From: Escherichia coli
Lineage (GTDB): Bacteria; Pseudomonadota; Gammaproteobacteria; Enterobacterales; Enterobacteriaceae
Assembly (NCBI RefSeq): GCF_001677475.2
Contig: NZ_CP015229.1
Length of the DNA: 64,000 nucleotides
Reading direction: 5' to 3' (one strand)
Each line of letters begins with the position of its first letter. Positions within the stretch are counted from its first letter, which is position 1. Below the pieces are notes generated by a model that was not told the DNA's origin, did no database searches, and saw only the letters and a list, made by a program, of their open reading frames with translations. A program made the position numbers and the translations under genes. Positions 43,629-54,835 of the stretch are shown here, piece after piece.

Positions 43629-44432
43629 TTAAACAAAGCGGCAGCTAATGGAACCCATGTTGCCGTAATCGACGTGGAAGGTGTCCCCCTTACGCGCCGG
43701 AACCGGGCGGGTGAACGAACCGCCGAGAATGATTTGCCCGGCTTCCAGTTGCACGTCATACGGTGCGAGTTTGTTCGCCAGCCAGGCCACGCCGTTTGCC
43801 GGATGATTCAGCACACCAGCGGCGACGCCGGTTTCTTCAATCACGCCATTGCGATACATCAGGGCGGAGATCCAACGTAGATCCAACTCATCGGGCTTAA
43901 TGGGACGACCTCCGAGAATCACCCCGGCATTGGCGGCGTTATCGGAAATGGTGTCGAATACTTTGCGCGGGCGCTGGGTTTCCGGATCGATGTTGTGGCA
44001 GCGAGCGTCGATCAGCTCCAGCGCCGGGATCACGTAGTCCGTGGCGTTGTAAACGTCGAACAGCGTGCAGTTTGGCCCACGCAGCGGTTTTGCCAGCACA
44101 AAAGCCAGCTCCACTTCAATGCGCGGCACGATGAAGCGATCGGTCGGGATATCGCTGCCATCGTGGAAGAACATGTCATCCAGCAGGGCACCGTAATCCG
44201 GTTCGCTGATTTGTGAGCTGGCCTGCATCGCTTTCGAGGTCAGGCCGATTTTGTGGCCTTTCAGCGTGCGGCCTTCGGCAATTTTCAGGCGTACCCATTC
44301 GCGCTGTACGGCGTAGGCGTCTTCGATGGTGATCTCCGGGTAATCCAGCGAGATCGCGCGGATCTGTTCGCGCTGTTTTTCTGCCTGATCCAGACGCTGG
44401 GCGATCAGTGTGTAGGTGTGTTTGTCGAACAT
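43629..44432 (-). CDS. hpaH: 2-oxo-hept-4-ene-1,7-dioate hydratase
   Basis: Translation from ATG 44432, [43 protein letters not shown]... Confidence 0.9.
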
Positions 44433-44439
44433 AGCGATA

Positions 44440-44500
44440 TCCTGTGGCATTGCCGGATGGCGGCTGCGCCTTATCATCCGGCCTGGAAGCTGGTGCAAAT
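44440..44500. repeat. REP-like palindrome between hpaF and hpaH
   Basis: gccggatggcggctgcgccttatcatccggcc palindrome in the 68-nt gap. Confidence 0.5.
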
Positions 44501-44881
44501 TTATTTAAACAACGCGTGTACGTTGTTCTGTTTGAAATTCAACGTCGGGTGCAGCTCTGCAATCTCAAATGAAAGCGCCAGGTAACGGCTCTCCATCAGT
44601 GAGGCGAAGTGCGTTTTAATCAGATCAAACAGCATTTCGCCCACTTCCTGACGGCTTTCCAGACTGCGTCCGCTGCCGATTTTTAGTGTCATATGCACAA
44701 AGGCGTAATCGTGCTTGCCATCAGCCATTTGCCAGGTATCGATCCAGTGCGCCCGGCTACGTATTCCCCCAAGCGGAAAAATCCCCGTCGCCGCCAGTGC
44801 AGTGTTAACACTGGCAAACAGCTCAGGTAAGCGGGCTTCTTGACGAATATTTTCAGTACATTCCACGATAAAGTGCGGCAT
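44501..44881 (-). CDS. hpaF: 5-carboxymethyl-2-hydroxymuconate isomerase
   Basis: 126-aa [29 protein letters not shown]... (CHM isomerase). Confidence 0.9.
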   Translation of the reverse strand: MPHFIVECTENIRQEARLPELFASVNTALAATGIFPLGGIRSRAHWIDTWQMADGKHDYAFVHMTLKIGSGRSLESRQEVGEMLFDLIKTHFASLMESRYLALSFEIAELHPTLNFKQNNVHALFK

Positions 44882-44890
44882 GGTGGTTCC

Positions 44891-45742
44891 TTACGCGGGC
44901 AGCGGGAAAACAGCGTTAACCTGACCGGTGCCAGAGCTTGGGAACAGCTCGGTGATAAACTCCACCTTGCCGTCGTATTTATCCCAGCCGAGCATCCCCA
45001 GCAGCATCACCGTGTCGTGCATATTGCCTTCGCCGTAGCAGTAGTCGGCGTACTCCGGCAGCATATTGCAGAACTCTTTGAACTGGCCTTCGCGCCACAG
45101 CTTCACCACGCGCTCGTCCATCTGGCGGTCGAACTCGCGGGTGTAGCTGTTCATCCCTTCTTCTGCACGCTGATCGTCAATAAAGCGGTGCGATAACGAA
45201 CCGCTGGCAAGGACCGCCACGGTACCGTCGTACTGTTCGATCGCTTTCAGAATCGCTTCGCCCAGCTTGCGGCTGTCGGCAAAATCGTGAACCGTGCAGA
45301 AAGCCGAAATGGAAACCACTTTGAAGTGCTTGTCTTCATTCATGTAGCGCATTGGCACCAGCGTGCCGTATTCCAGTTTCAGGCTGGGAATGTTGTGCGC
45401 TTTCGCCCGCACGCCGAGCTTTAAGGCTTCATCGGCAATTAGCTGCCCCAACTCCGGGTTGCCCTCGTAGTTGTAGGTCATGTCACGAATAAAATGCGGC
45501 AGCTCGTTACTGGTGTAGACGCCTTCAAAATGGTCTGCACAGTTGATGTGATAAGCACTGTTGACCAGCCAGTGGGTATCGAAAACGATAATGGTATCGA
45601 CGCCCATTTCCCGGCAACGCTTGCTGATCTCTTTATGCCCGTCGATCGCGCCCTGGCGGCAACCGTGGTTTTTCCCTGGCAGTTCAGAGAGATACATCGA
45701 CGGTACGTGCGTGATCTTGGCGGCTAACGCTAACTTACCCAT
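44891..45742 (-). CDS. hpaD: 3,4-dihydroxyphenylacetate (homoprotocatechuate) 2,3-dioxygenase
   Basis: 283-aa ORF recognised as HpaD (extradiol dioxygenase). Confidence 0.9.
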   Translation of the reverse strand: MGKLALAAKITHVPSMYLSELPGKNHGCRQGAIDGHKEISKRCREMGVDTIIVFDTHWLVNSAYHINCADHFEGVYTSNELPHFIRDMTYNYEGNPELGQLIADEALKLGVRAKAHNIPSLKLEYGTLVPMRYMNEDKHFKVVSISAFCTVHDFADSRKLGEAILKAIEQYDGTVAVLASGSLSHRFIDDQRAEEGMNSYTREFDRQMDERVVKLWREGQFKEFCNMLPEYADYCYGEGNMHDTVMLLGMLGWDKYDGKVEFITELFPSSGTGQVNAVFPLPA

Positions 45743-45743
45743 A

Positions 45744-47210
45744 TCAGACTCCCCATTTCGGAATTGGATGGTCGCCCATGGAAATGCAGACGTTCTTCAT
45801 TTCCGCGAACACTTCGAAGCTGTACTCACCGCCTTCACGCCCGGTGCCGGAGGCTTTTACGCCGCCAAACGGCTGGCGCAGGTCGCGCACGTTCTGGGTG
45901 TTGACGAACACCATGCCTGCTTCAATGCCACGCGCCAGGCGTAACACTTTGCTGACATCCTGTGTCCAGATGTACGACGCGAGGCCGTACTCCACGTCGT
46001 TTGCCAGGCGCAGACCTGCGGCTTCGTCTTTAAACGGCAGCAGGCAGGCGACCGGCCCGAAAATCTCTTCCTGGGCGACGCGCATACGGTTATCAACGTC
46101 TGCCAGCACCGTTGGGCGCAGGAAGTTACCGCCTTTCAGGTGCGCAGGCAGGTCGGACGGTTTATCCGGACCGCCCGCCAGCAGGGTTGCGCCTTCTTCA
46201 ATGCCGAGACGGATATAGCCGGAGACTTTTTCCCAGTGTTGCTGGCTGATAAGCGCCCCAACCTGGGTATTCGGATCGTTCGGATCGCCCACGCGCAGAC
46301 GGTTGGCGCGTTCGGCAAAGCGTTTAACGAATTCTGGATAGATGCTCTGTTGAATAAAGATGCGCGAACCGGCGGTGCAGCGTTCGCCGTTGATTGAGAA
46401 GATGGTGAACAGGGCGGCGTCCAGCGCGCGCTCAATATCGGCATCTTCAAAAATCAGCACCGGCGATTTTCCGCCCAGTTCCATGGAGTATTTTTTCAGC
46501 CCGGCGTTTTTCATGATGTTGCGCCCGGTGGCGGTACCGCCGGTGAACGACACGGCACGCACGTCATGATGACGGACCAGCGCATCGCCTGCGGTTGCGC
46601 CGTAGCCCTGTACCACGTTCAGCACGCCCGCCGGAATACCGGCTTCCAGCGCCAGCTCACCCAGGCGGTCAGCGGTCAGCGGGGAGAGTTCTGACATTTT
46701 CAGTACCGCGGTATTGCCCAGCGCCAGACACGGCGCGACTTTCCAGGTGGCGGTCATAAACGGCACGTTCCACGGCGACACCAGTGCACAAACGCCTACC
46801 GGCTGCACCAGCGTGTAGTTGAGCATCTTGTCGTCGACCGGATAAGTCTTGCCGTTCATCTGCTGGCAGACTTCCGCGAAAAATTCAAAGTTGTGGGAAG
46901 CGCGTGGGATCAACACATTTTTGGTCTGATGGATTGGCAGGCCCGTGTCAGCGGTTTCCATCGCGGCGATCTCAGGCACGTTCTGGTCGATCAGATCGCC
47001 CAGACGGCGCATCAGGCGCGCACGCTCTTTCATCGGCAGATTGGCCCATTTCGGGAACGCCTCTTTCGCTGCCGCTACCGCCTGATTGATCTCCGCTTCA
47101 CCGCCGGAGGCCACATCCGCCAGCACCTCACCGGTTGCTGGATTGGTGGTCTGGAAATAGTCGTTACCTGCAACATTTTTGCCGTTGATCCAATGATTTA
47201 CTTTTTTCAT
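45744..47210 (-). CDS. hpaE: 5-carboxymethyl-2-hydroxymuconate semialdehyde dehydrogenase
   Basis: 488-aa aldehyde dehydrogenase; ATG overlaps the hpaG stop (ATGA). Confidence 0.9.
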   Translation of the reverse strand: MKKVNHWINGKNVAGNDYFQTTNPATGEVLADVASGGEAEINQAVAAAKEAFPKWANLPMKERARLMRRLGDLIDQNVPEIAAMETADTGLPIHQTKNVLIPRASHNFEFFAEVCQQMNGKTYPVDDKMLNYTLVQPVGVCALVSPWNVPFMTATWKVAPCLALGNTAVLKMSELSPLTADRLGELALEAGIPAGVLNVVQGYGATAGDALVRHHDVRAVSFTGGTATGRNIMKNAGLKKYSMELGGKSPVLIFEDADIERALDAALFTIFSINGERCTAGSRIFIQQSIYPEFVKRFAERANRLRVGDPNDPNTQVGALISQQHWEKVSGYIRLGIEEGATLLAGGPDKPSDLPAHLKGGNFLRPTVLADVDNRMRVAQEEIFGPVACLLPFKDEAAGLRLANDVEYGLASYIWTQDVSKVLRLARGIEAGMVFVNTQNVRDLRQPFGGVKASGTGREGGEYSFEVFAEMKNVCISMGDHPIPKWGV

Positions 47211-48496
47211 TTCGCTGTATCCTCACTCACAATTCGGTTCACCAGGTGGCCCACGCCTTCTACTTCCACCACTACTTCATCGCCAGGCACCACGTCAGAT
47301 AAGCCTTTTGGTGTGCCGGTGGCGATCATGTCGCCCGGATTCAGGGTCATAAATTCGCTTAAGTAGGCGATCAGGAAGGGCACGCTGAAGATCAGATCGG
47401 CGGTGGTGCCTTGCTGGCGTAACTCGCCGTTGACGAAGGTGCGAAGGGTCAGATTATGCGGGTCCGGGATCGCCTCTTTCGGCACGATGGTTGAAAGCAT
47501 CGGCGTCAGTCCGTCGCGGCTTTTTACCCGCAGGTTAGGGCGGTAGTAGTTTTCCAGATAGTCGCGAATGGCGTAGTCGTTACACACGGTGTAGCCCGCG
47601 ACATAATCCATGGCATCGGCTTCACTGACGTTACGCGCCTGCTTGCCAATAACTACCACCAGCTCCGCTTCGTAGTGCATGTATTCAATCTTGTTCGGGC
47701 GCACGGAGGTCTGGTTATCGCCAGTGAGGGTATTCGACGCTTTCAGGAACACCAGCGGCTCTTCCGGTGGCTTAAATTCCAGTTCGCTGGCGTGGTCGGC
47801 GTAGTTCAGGCCGAGGGCAAACAGCGTACCGTGCGGGTGTGGCAGCGTTGGGAAGCTCTTGCGCGTGGTCACTTCACGTTCGTCCACTACCGGATTTTCC
47901 AGCGGCGGGAAACCTTCTGCGAGAACACGAACGCGATCGCCTGGCTGTATTTCCACGCGCGCCTGTGGCGTGCCGAGCAGAATGGCATCGCCTGGATTCA
48001 GCGTGGCAAATTCGCTCAGGGCGCTCAGCAGCTGTGCGGCGTTACGTTGTAAATCGGCGGTGTTCCAGTGATCGGCAGGACGCCCGTTGATCTCGGTATA
48101 GATGGTCAGATTATCGACATTGCTGAGAGCCACGGTTTCGCCAATGGGGCAGAATCCATCACGACATTTTGCTTTGATTGCCGGGCGGTAAAAGCTCTCT
48201 TCCGGCAGGCTGACGTCGTTAGCCAGCGCATATCCGGCGATGTACTCTGCCGCATCTTCTTCACGTACTTTCGTCGCCGTTTTCCCCACAATCAGCGCAA
48301 CAGTCGCACCGCTCAGTACCTTTTCACCCTGTGGAAAGGGAATCGGTTCACCGCAACCAATCACCGTATTGCGCGGTTTAATAAACCAGACCGCAGTTTT
48401 AGGCGGGGCTTTGTAGGGGGATTTCTGGAACGCTTCCTGCCATGCATCAAGTTGGCTGCGATGGTTCAACGCTACGGCGAAGATAGTGCCTTTCAT
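47207..48496 (-). CDS. hpaG: Bifunctional OPET decarboxylase / HHDD isomerase
   Basis: Translation from ATG 48496 with GAGGAG SD, MKGTIFAVALNHRSQLDAWQEAFQ...; two FAH-like halves. Confidence 0.9.
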   Translation of the reverse strand: MKGTIFAVALNHRSQLDAWQEAFQKSPYKAPPKTAVWFIKPRNTVIGCGEPIPFPQGEKVLSGATVALIVGKTATKVREEDAAEYIAGYALANDVSLPEESFYRPAIKAKCRDGFCPIGETVALSNVDNLTIYTEINGRPADHWNTADLQRNAAQLLSALSEFATLNPGDAILLGTPQARVEIQPGDRVRVLAEGFPPLENPVVDEREVTTRKSFPTLPHPHGTLFALGLNYADHASELEFKPPEEPLVFLKASNTLTGDNQTSVRPNKIEYMHYEAELVVVIGKQARNVSEADAMDYVAGYTVCNDYAIRDYLENYYRPNLRVKSRDGLTPMLSTIVPKEAIPDPHNLTLRTFVNGELRQQGTTADLIFSVPFLIAYLSEFMTLNPGDMIATGTPKGLSDVVPGDEVVVEVEGVGHLVNRIVSEDTAK

Positions 48497-48767
48497 TACC
48501 ACTCCTCGGATTCGATCATCTTAATCATTAATATATTAATGATTACTTTTATTCCCGATTGCGTAGTTTGGCAAAAGTAAGTGATGTAAATGTGATCTAA
48601 TTAACAAACTATTTACATTTAAAGATAATAAAATATTAAATATCAGCAAGTTAACAAAACATGCTCAATTTTGATAAAATGAAGAATTGCAGGGGCAGCG
48701 CAGTCCCGGTAACGTGATGATTAACTGTTTCTATATTAATGATTTTGAATTTTTCAGGGGAAAGATA

Positions 48768-49214
48768 ATGCACGACTCTCTAACCATTGCGTTGCTCCAG
48801 GCGCGAGAAGCGGCGATGAGTTATTTTCGCCCAATCGTTAAACGGCATAATTTGACTGAGCAACAGTGGCGCATCGTGCGTATTCTGGCGGAAAGCCCAT
48901 CAATGGATTTTCACGATCTGGCGTATCGCGCCTGCATTTTGCGCCCAAGCCTGACCGGGATCCTCACGCGGATGGAACGCGACGGTTTAGTGTTGCGATT
49001 AAAGCCGATCAATGATCAGCGGAAGCTCTATATCTCGCTGACCAAAGAGGGGCAGGCGCTGTATAACCGCGCTCAGACACAGATTGAAGAAGCCTATCGG
49101 CAGATTGAAGCTCAGTTTACTGCTGAGAAAATGCAACAGTTAACCCATCTGTTAGAGGAATTTATTGCTCTGGGTAATTCCCGACAAGAAGACATCCCGG
49201 GCGATAATGAATAA
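48768..49214 (+). CDS. hpaR: MarR-family repressor of the hpa meta-cleavage operon
   Basis: Translation from ATG 48768, MHDSLTIALLQAREAAMSYFRPIVKRHNLTEQQWRIVRILAE...; divergent from hpaG. Confidence 0.85.
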   Translation: MHDSLTIALLQAREAAMSYFRPIVKRHNLTEQQWRIVRILAESPSMDFHDLAYRACILRPSLTGILTRMERDGLVLRLKPINDQRKLYISLTKEGQALYNRAQTQIEEAYRQIEAQFTAEKMQQLTHLLEEFIALGNSRQEDIPGDNE

Positions 49215-49275
49215 CTTTTTAGTATCTGATAACCAGCGTCTGGTTTTTCCATGGATGGCGGGTTACACCTTTTCA

Positions 49276-49302
49276 TAAAGTTTTTGCTTTCCAGGCCGAA
49301 AA
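49276..49302 (+). promoter_or_regulatory. Sigma-28 (FliA) class-3 flagellar promoter for tsr
   Basis: TAAA-N15-GCCGAAAA, against the TAAA-N15-GCCGATAA consensus with one mismatch; about 30 nt upstream of the tsr ATG. Confidence 0.65.
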
Positions 49303-49332
49303 TCTTGCATCGGTCCACAGGAAAGAGAAACC

Positions 49333-50997
49333 ATGTTAAAACGTATCAAAATTGTGACCAGCTTACTGCTGGTTTTGGCCGTTTTTGGCCTTTTACAACT
49401 GACATCAGGCGGTCTGTTCTTTAATGCCTTAAAGAATGACAAAGAAAATTTCACTGTTTTACAAACCATTCGCCAGCAGCAATCCACGCTGAATGGCAGC
49501 TGGGTCGCGTTGTTGCAGACGCGTAACACCCTCAACCGCGCGGGTATCCGCTACATGATGGATCAGAATAATATTGGTAGCGGTTCAACCGTTGCTGAGC
49601 TGATGCAGAGTGCCAGTACTTCGCTGAAACAGGCGGAAAAAAACTGGGCGGATTACGAAGCGTTGCCGCGTGACCCGCGTCAGAGCACCGCCGCAGCGGC
49701 AGAGATCAAACGTAATTACGATATTTATCACAATGCGCTGGCGGAGCTGATCCAACTATTAGGTGCAGGCAAAATCAACGAGTTCTTTGATCAGCCGACT
49801 CAGGGATATCAGGACGGTTTCGAGAAGCAGTATGTGGCTTACATGGAGCAAAACGATCGGCTCTATGATATTGCCGTCAGCGATAACAATGCCTCCTACA
49901 GCCAGGCGATGTGGATTCTGGTGGGCGTGATGGTCGTCGTACTGGCGGTCATCTTCGCCGTCTGGTTCGGTATTAAAGCCTCGTTGGTAGCGCCAATGAA
50001 TCGCCTGATTGACAGCATTCGTCATATTGCAGGCGGCGATCTGGTGAAACCGATTGAGGTGGATGGCTCTAATGAGATGGGGCAACTGGCAGAGAGTTTG
50101 CGCCATATGCAGGGAGAGCTGATGCGTACCGTCGGTGATGTGCGCAACGGGGCCAATGCCATCTATAGCGGTGCCAGCGAAATAGCTACCGGCAATAACG
50201 ATCTCTCTTCGCGCACCGAGCAACAGGCCGCTTCGCTGGAAGAGACGGCAGCCAGCATGGAGCAACTGACCGCAACGGTGAAGCAGAACGCCGAAAATGC
50301 GCGCCAGGCCAGCCACCTGGCGTTAAGTGCTTCCGAAACGGCGCAACGCGGTGGCAAAGTGGTGGATAACGTGGTGCAGACTATGCGCGATATCTCCACC
50401 AGTTCGCAGAAAATCGCCGATATTATCAGCGTAATTGACGGCATTGCCTTCCAGACCAATATTCTGGCTTTGAACGCGGCGGTTGAGGCTGCGCGTGCTG
50501 GTGAGCAAGGACGCGGTTTTGCGGTGGTCGCGGGAGAAGTGCGTAATTTAGCCCAGCGTAGCGCTCAGGCGGCTCGTGAAATTAAAAGCCTGATTGAAGA
50601 CTCGGTGGGGAAAGTAGATGTTGGCTCTACGCTGGTCGAAAGCGCTGGGGAAACAATGGCGGAGATTGTCAGCGCCGTGACCCGCGTGACGGACATTATG
50701 GGCGAAATTGCTTCTGCTTCTGATGAGCAGAGCCGTGGTATCGATCAGGTTGGCTTAGCGGTTGCTGAGATGGACCGGGTAACTCAACAGAACGCCGCGC
50801 TGGTGGAAGAATCTGCCGCCGCCGCCGCCGCGCTGGAAGAGCAGGCCAGTCGCCTGACCGAAGCAGTGGCAGTGTTCCGGATTCAGCAACAGCAGCAACA
50901 GCATCGTGAAACATCGGCTGTGGTAAAAACCGTGACGCCAGCTACGCCGCGTAAAATGGCCGTGGCAGATAGCGAGGAGAACTGGGAAACATTTTAA
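49333..50997 (+). CDS. tsr: Methyl-accepting chemotaxis protein I (serine chemoreceptor)
   Basis: 554-aa ORF recognised as Tsr; HAMP and signalling domains, C-terminal NWETF pentapeptide. Confidence 0.95.
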   Translation: MLKRIKIVTSLLLVLAVFGLLQLTSGGLFFNALKNDKENFTVLQTIRQQQSTLNGSWVALLQTRNTLNRAGIRYMMDQNNIGSGSTVAELMQSASTSLKQAEKNWADYEALPRDPRQSTAAAAEIKRNYDIYHNALAELIQLLGAGKINEFFDQPTQGYQDGFEKQYVAYMEQNDRLYDIAVSDNNASYSQAMWILVGVMVVVLAVIFAVWFGIKASLVAPMNRLIDSIRHIAGGDLVKPIEVDGSNEMGQLAESLRHMQGELMRTVGDVRNGANAIYSGASEIATGNNDLSSRTEQQAASLEETAASMEQLTATVKQNAENARQASHLALSASETAQRGGKVVDNVVQTMRDISTSSQKIADIISVIDGIAFQTNILALNAAVEAARAGEQGRGFAVVAGEVRNLAQRSAQAAREIKSLIEDSVGKVDVGSTLVESAGETMAEIVSAVTRVTDIMGEIASASDEQSRGIDQVGLAVAEMDRVTQQNAALVEESAAAAAALEEQASRLTEAVAVFRIQQQQQQHRETSAVVKTVTPATPRKMAVADSEENWETF

Positions 50998-51010
50998 TCG
51001 TCATAAAAAT

Positions 51011-51036
51011 GCCCGATAAGCAAAATGTTATCGGGC
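51011..51036. terminator. Hairpin terminator in the convergent tsr/lgoT gap
   Basis: gcccgataa-loop-ttatcgggc; on the minus strand it is followed by ATTTTTAT. Confidence 0.65.
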
Positions 51037-51045
51037 ATAGGGAGA

Positions 51046-52407
51046 TTAATCTTTCCGTGGGTCGTTGATCGGCTGACGAACCAGGAAGATGTACGCCAGT
51101 GCCCCCGCTGCGGTGACGCAACCGCAGATGATTAGTGCCAGACGGAATGAGTGGGTGGTATCAACAATAAAACCAGTAATGATCGGCGCGAAAGAGGCGC
51201 AGATGAAGCTGGCAAAGTTCTGGATACTGCCCACCGACGCAGTCATGCGAGAAGCAACTGCGACGTGGATCAATCCCCAGCAGGATGTTCCTGCAAAGTG
51301 AATACAGAACAGTGCCATACCAATCAGCAGAACCGCTGTCATAGATGTTGTCGCTTGCGGTACGACCAGCGTAAAGGCGGCAGAACAGAACATCCCGGCA
51401 ATAATGCAGATCTTACGGCTTTTAATCGGAGCCATTCCCCCTTTGACCAGCCAGTCAGTAACGTAACCGTTGACCAGCATCCCGGCAGCCCCAAACAGGA
51501 AAGGGATAGCCGCCATCAACCCTGTGCTTTTTAAATCCAGGTTATAGGCTGTTTGCAGGTAACCAGGAAGCCAGGCCAGGTACAGCCACGCAGTGTAGTT
51601 GATGCCACTGAATCCGAGCATCATTCCCCACATTGTGCGGTTACGGAACAGGCTGCGCCATTCGGCAAAACTGAGCGGATCTCGGCGGGCATTGACACTA
51701 CCAGCATTGAGGTAAGCTTGTTCAACGGCAGTCAGTTCTACGTGCTCGCGGTTGCGATAGAGCATATACCAGCCAATGGCGAGAAAAATCCCCAGCACAC
51801 CAATGGTAATAAACATCCCACGCCAGCCCATCACCAGCATCATCGCCGCCAGAATCGGTGGGCTTACGGCAACGCCAATGGTAGAAGCTGCGTTGAAGAA
51901 GCCCATCGGGCGTCCGCGCTCTTTGATGTTGAACCAGTCATTAATGACTTTTACACCACATGGGTTCATCGGCGCTTCACCAATTCCCATACCGATACGC
52001 ACCAACACGAACTGCGTAAAGCTGTGCACCATGCCAGACATTGCCTGGAACAGTGACCAGAAGAACATCCCAAGTCCCAGCATCAGGCGCGGGCCTTTAC
52101 GATCCAATAGTGGGCCGCAAGGAAGTTGCGCAATCCCGTAAGCGAGTGAAAACACGGAGAGCAAAGCGCCGATTTCGGTGGCACTTAATCCCAATTCTTC
52201 ACGAATCGTTAAATTTGCTACCGACAGCGAACTGCGGTCGAGATAATTGATTACCGCCGCAAAAAATAATAACAACATGGCGGTGGTTTGAATGCGTTTA
52301 ATTCGGGTACTGCGTTGAACTAATCCATCTGGTGGCACGGGAATATCTGCCGACGAAGATGGAGTAAATGAAGAACGCGGATCGAGGGTGATATTTTCTT
52401 TTTCCAC
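51046..52407 (-). CDS. lgoT: L-galactonate:H+ symporter (MFS)
   Basis: 453-aa ORF recognised as LgoT (YjiZ); start codon is GTG. Confidence 0.85.
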   Translation of the reverse strand: MEKENITLDPRSSFTPSSSADIPVPPDGLVQRSTRIKRIQTTAMLLLFFAAVINYLDRSSLSVANLTIREELGLSATEIGALLSVFSLAYGIAQLPCGPLLDRKGPRLMLGLGMFFWSLFQAMSGMVHSFTQFVLVRIGMGIGEAPMNPCGVKVINDWFNIKERGRPMGFFNAASTIGVAVSPPILAAMMLVMGWRGMFITIGVLGIFLAIGWYMLYRNREHVELTAVEQAYLNAGSVNARRDPLSFAEWRSLFRNRTMWGMMLGFSGINYTAWLYLAWLPGYLQTAYNLDLKSTGLMAAIPFLFGAAGMLVNGYVTDWLVKGGMAPIKSRKICIIAGMFCSAAFTLVVPQATTSMTAVLLIGMALFCIHFAGTSCWGLIHVAVASRMTASVGSIQNFASFICASFAPIITGFIVDTTHSFRLALIICGCVTAAGALAYIFLVRQPINDPRKD

Positions 52408-52621
52408 GCCGGACTCCTGTATTTATAATTTTAATTGTTTACGTAATTGTGCATTACGCAAGGTTGACATTAACGGCAGGTTAAAGTTTTAGGACTTTAC
52501 TACCGCTCACAAAAACATTTTTAGTCGACTGATTGTGAGCATAGGTAAGCGGGAATTTCCCGGTATTTATCTTTTGATAAAACCGTGCACCCGCTAATAG
52601 TTTGCTGTTTTTAATCCGTAC

Positions 52622-53536
52622 TTAATGAGCATAACGCGTGTTCTCATTAATGGATCGAATCATTGATTGTTTAGCTGAATTCAAATGGTTACGGAGCGCA
52701 AGGGTGGCATCAAGGTCACTGCGGCAAATCAGAGCGCTGAGAATGGTCATATGCTCATCGACGGCAATGATATTGCGCTGTTTAAGATCGCTTTCGTCCC
52801 ATTGATAGTGAAAATGAAAGATGACTGAGATGATCTCAAGCGATTGATCAAAAAAGATATTGTCGGCAGCTGAAAGCAGTAAGGAGTGAAAATCTCTGTC
52901 AAGTTGCGAGAACATGCGAAAGCTATTGCCGATGTTGTCACGCAGTAGCCGATGACGTTCGAGCATGGTTTTCGCCTGCAGCCAGCGGGGATCATGATCA
53001 GGCAGGTTGAGAAAGTGCTGAAGTGAATGTGTTTCGAGCATTTCGCGTAGCTCAAACAGCTGCTCGGCGTAGGATTGATCGAATTGTTTCATGCTCCACT
53101 GGCCGCGCTTTTCGCTTTGAATAAGATTATAACGGCCGAATTTTAAAAGATATTCTCTTACTACAACCGGGCTGACACCCGCGGCCCGAGCCAGTTGCAG
53201 TTCAGAAAAAGTTTCCCCAGGGCGTAACTGACGCTGGTTTATCATCGTGAAAAAAGCCTGCTCAAACACTTTGTTTTGTTCACTCATTGAAGCGGTAGTA
53301 CAGGCGAAACCGTCATCATGGTCAGGTTTACGCGCAATAACATAGTCGTTTCCAACCTGCGTTAAGACGCCGCATTCGCGTAAGTGGCTGAGAATATGAC
53401 GCACTGTAGTGCGGCTGATGTTGTACATTTCCGCCAGCGCACTTTGCGATGGAAGTGGGGAAGGGATATGACCCCGCGCCATATCATCAATGACCTGGTT
53501 AATCACATTGTGGCGTAAATTTTGTGAACGACTCAT
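52622..53536 (-). CDS. lgoR: GntR-type regulator of L-galactonate catabolism
   Basis: 304-aa ORF; N-terminal HTH (LAEMYNISRTTVRHILSHLRE). Confidence 0.85.
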   Translation of the reverse strand: MSRSQNLRHNVINQVIDDMARGHIPSPLPSQSALAEMYNISRTTVRHILSHLRECGVLTQVGNDYVIARKPDHDDGFACTTASMSEQNKVFEQAFFTMINQRQLRPGETFSELQLARAAGVSPVVVREYLLKFGRYNLIQSEKRGQWSMKQFDQSYAEQLFELREMLETHSLQHFLNLPDHDPRWLQAKTMLERHRLLRDNIGNSFRMFSQLDRDFHSLLLSAADNIFFDQSLEIISVIFHFHYQWDESDLKQRNIIAVDEHMTILSALICRSDLDATLALRNHLNSAKQSMIRSINENTRYAH

Positions 53537-53674
53537 ATTTTCCTCCTTGTGAGTCCATTAAAACCCGATTTAAAACATTTTTATGCGTGTGTTTTCACAA
53601 AACAGATTTTCCGTTCCGCTGCCATTTTTCATTTTCATTGATATCTAAGGCAACAAAAAATGGAGAGCCGAATC

Positions 53675-54697
53675 ATGTCTACGATGAATGTTTTAATTTG
53701 CCAGCAGCCGAAAGAATTAGTCTGGAAACAACGCGAGATACCTATTCCGGGTGACAATGAAGCATTAATAAAAATTAAGTCTGTCGGGATTTGCGGTACC
53801 GATATTCATGCCTGGGGTGGAAATCAACCATTTTTTAGTTATCCACGGGTTTTAGGCCATGAAATATGTGGGGAGATTGTTGGGCTGGGTAAAAATATTG
53901 CTGATCTTAAAAATGGTCAGCAAGTTGCTGTGATCCCTTATGTTGCCTGTCAGCAATGCCCGGCGTGTAAAAGCGGTCGTACCAATTGCTGTGAAAAAAT
54001 TTCAGTCATTGGCGTGCATCAGGATGGCGGTTTTAGTGAGTATTTGAGCGTGCCGGTGGCGAACATTTTGCCCGCAGATGGTATTGACCCGCAGGCGGCA
54101 GCATTGATTGAACCTTTCGCTATTAGCGCTCATGCGGTGCGTCGCGCAGCCATTGCTCCCGGCGAGCAGGTGCTGGTGGTCGGGGCGGGGCCAATCGGTC
54201 TGGGCGCGGCGGCAATCGCTAAAGCCGATGGCGCACAGGTGGTGGTGGCGGATACCAGTCCGGCGCGCCGTGAACATGTGGCAACGCGTCTGGAATTACC
54301 TGTACTGGACCCGTCAGCCGAAGATTTTGACGCGCAGCTGCGGGCGCAGTTTGGTGGTTCTCTGGCGCAGAAAGTGATCGACGCGACAGGTAATCAACAT
54401 GCGATGAATAACACCGTGAATCTGATTCGTCACGGCGGCACGGTGGTATTTGTCGGCCTGTTTAAAGGTGAGTTGCAGTTCTCCGATCCGGAATTCCATA
54501 AAAAAGAAACGACGATGATGGGCAGCCGCAACGCCACGCCGGAAGATTTCGCTAAAGTCGGTCGACTGATGGCGGAAGGGAAAATCACTGCCGACATGAT
54601 GTTAACCCATCGCTATCCGTTCGCCACGCTGGCAGAAACCTACGAGCGCGATGTGATTAACAATCGTGAGTTGATTAAGGGTGTAATTACTTTCTGA
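53675..54697 (+). CDS. lgoD: L-galactonate-5-dehydrogenase (Zn-dependent MDR family)
   Basis: Translation from ATG 53675, MSTMNVLICQQPKELVWKQREIPIPGDNEALIKIKSVGICGTDIHAW... Confidence 0.9.
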   Translation: MSTMNVLICQQPKELVWKQREIPIPGDNEALIKIKSVGICGTDIHAWGGNQPFFSYPRVLGHEICGEIVGLGKNIADLKNGQQVAVIPYVACQQCPACKSGRTNCCEKISVIGVHQDGGFSEYLSVPVANILPADGIDPQAAALIEPFAISAHAVRRAAIAPGEQVLVVGAGPIGLGAAAIAKADGAQVVVADTSPARREHVATRLELPVLDPSAEDFDAQLRAQFGGSLAQKVIDATGNQHAMNNTVNLIRHGGTVVFVGLFKGELQFSDPEFHKKETTMMGSRNATPEDFAKVGRLMAEGKITADMMLTHRYPFATLAETYERDVINNRELIKGVITF

Positions 54698-54776
54698 TAA
54701 GGCGAGATTATTAAAGTTGCCATGCAGCGTCCGGGGAAGTGTTGGGCGCTGTTTTTTTCTGTTTCTCAATGATGTT

Positions 54777-54825
54777 TTGTAGGCCGGAGAAGGTGTGTAG
54801 GTCGCACCTTATGCGACCTACACAT
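54777..54825. repeat. REP-like palindrome downstream of lgoD and opgB
   Basis: gtaggccggagaaggtgtgtaggtcgcaccttatgcgacctacac. Confidence 0.6.
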
Positions 54826-54835
54826 CAGTCAGGAA

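Noticed and set aside
45778-46218. Plus-strand ORFs (146 aa and others) inside the hpaE/hpaD region
   Set aside because: Antisense shadow ORFs within recognised hpa genes; proline/arginine/serine-rich and without a start context.
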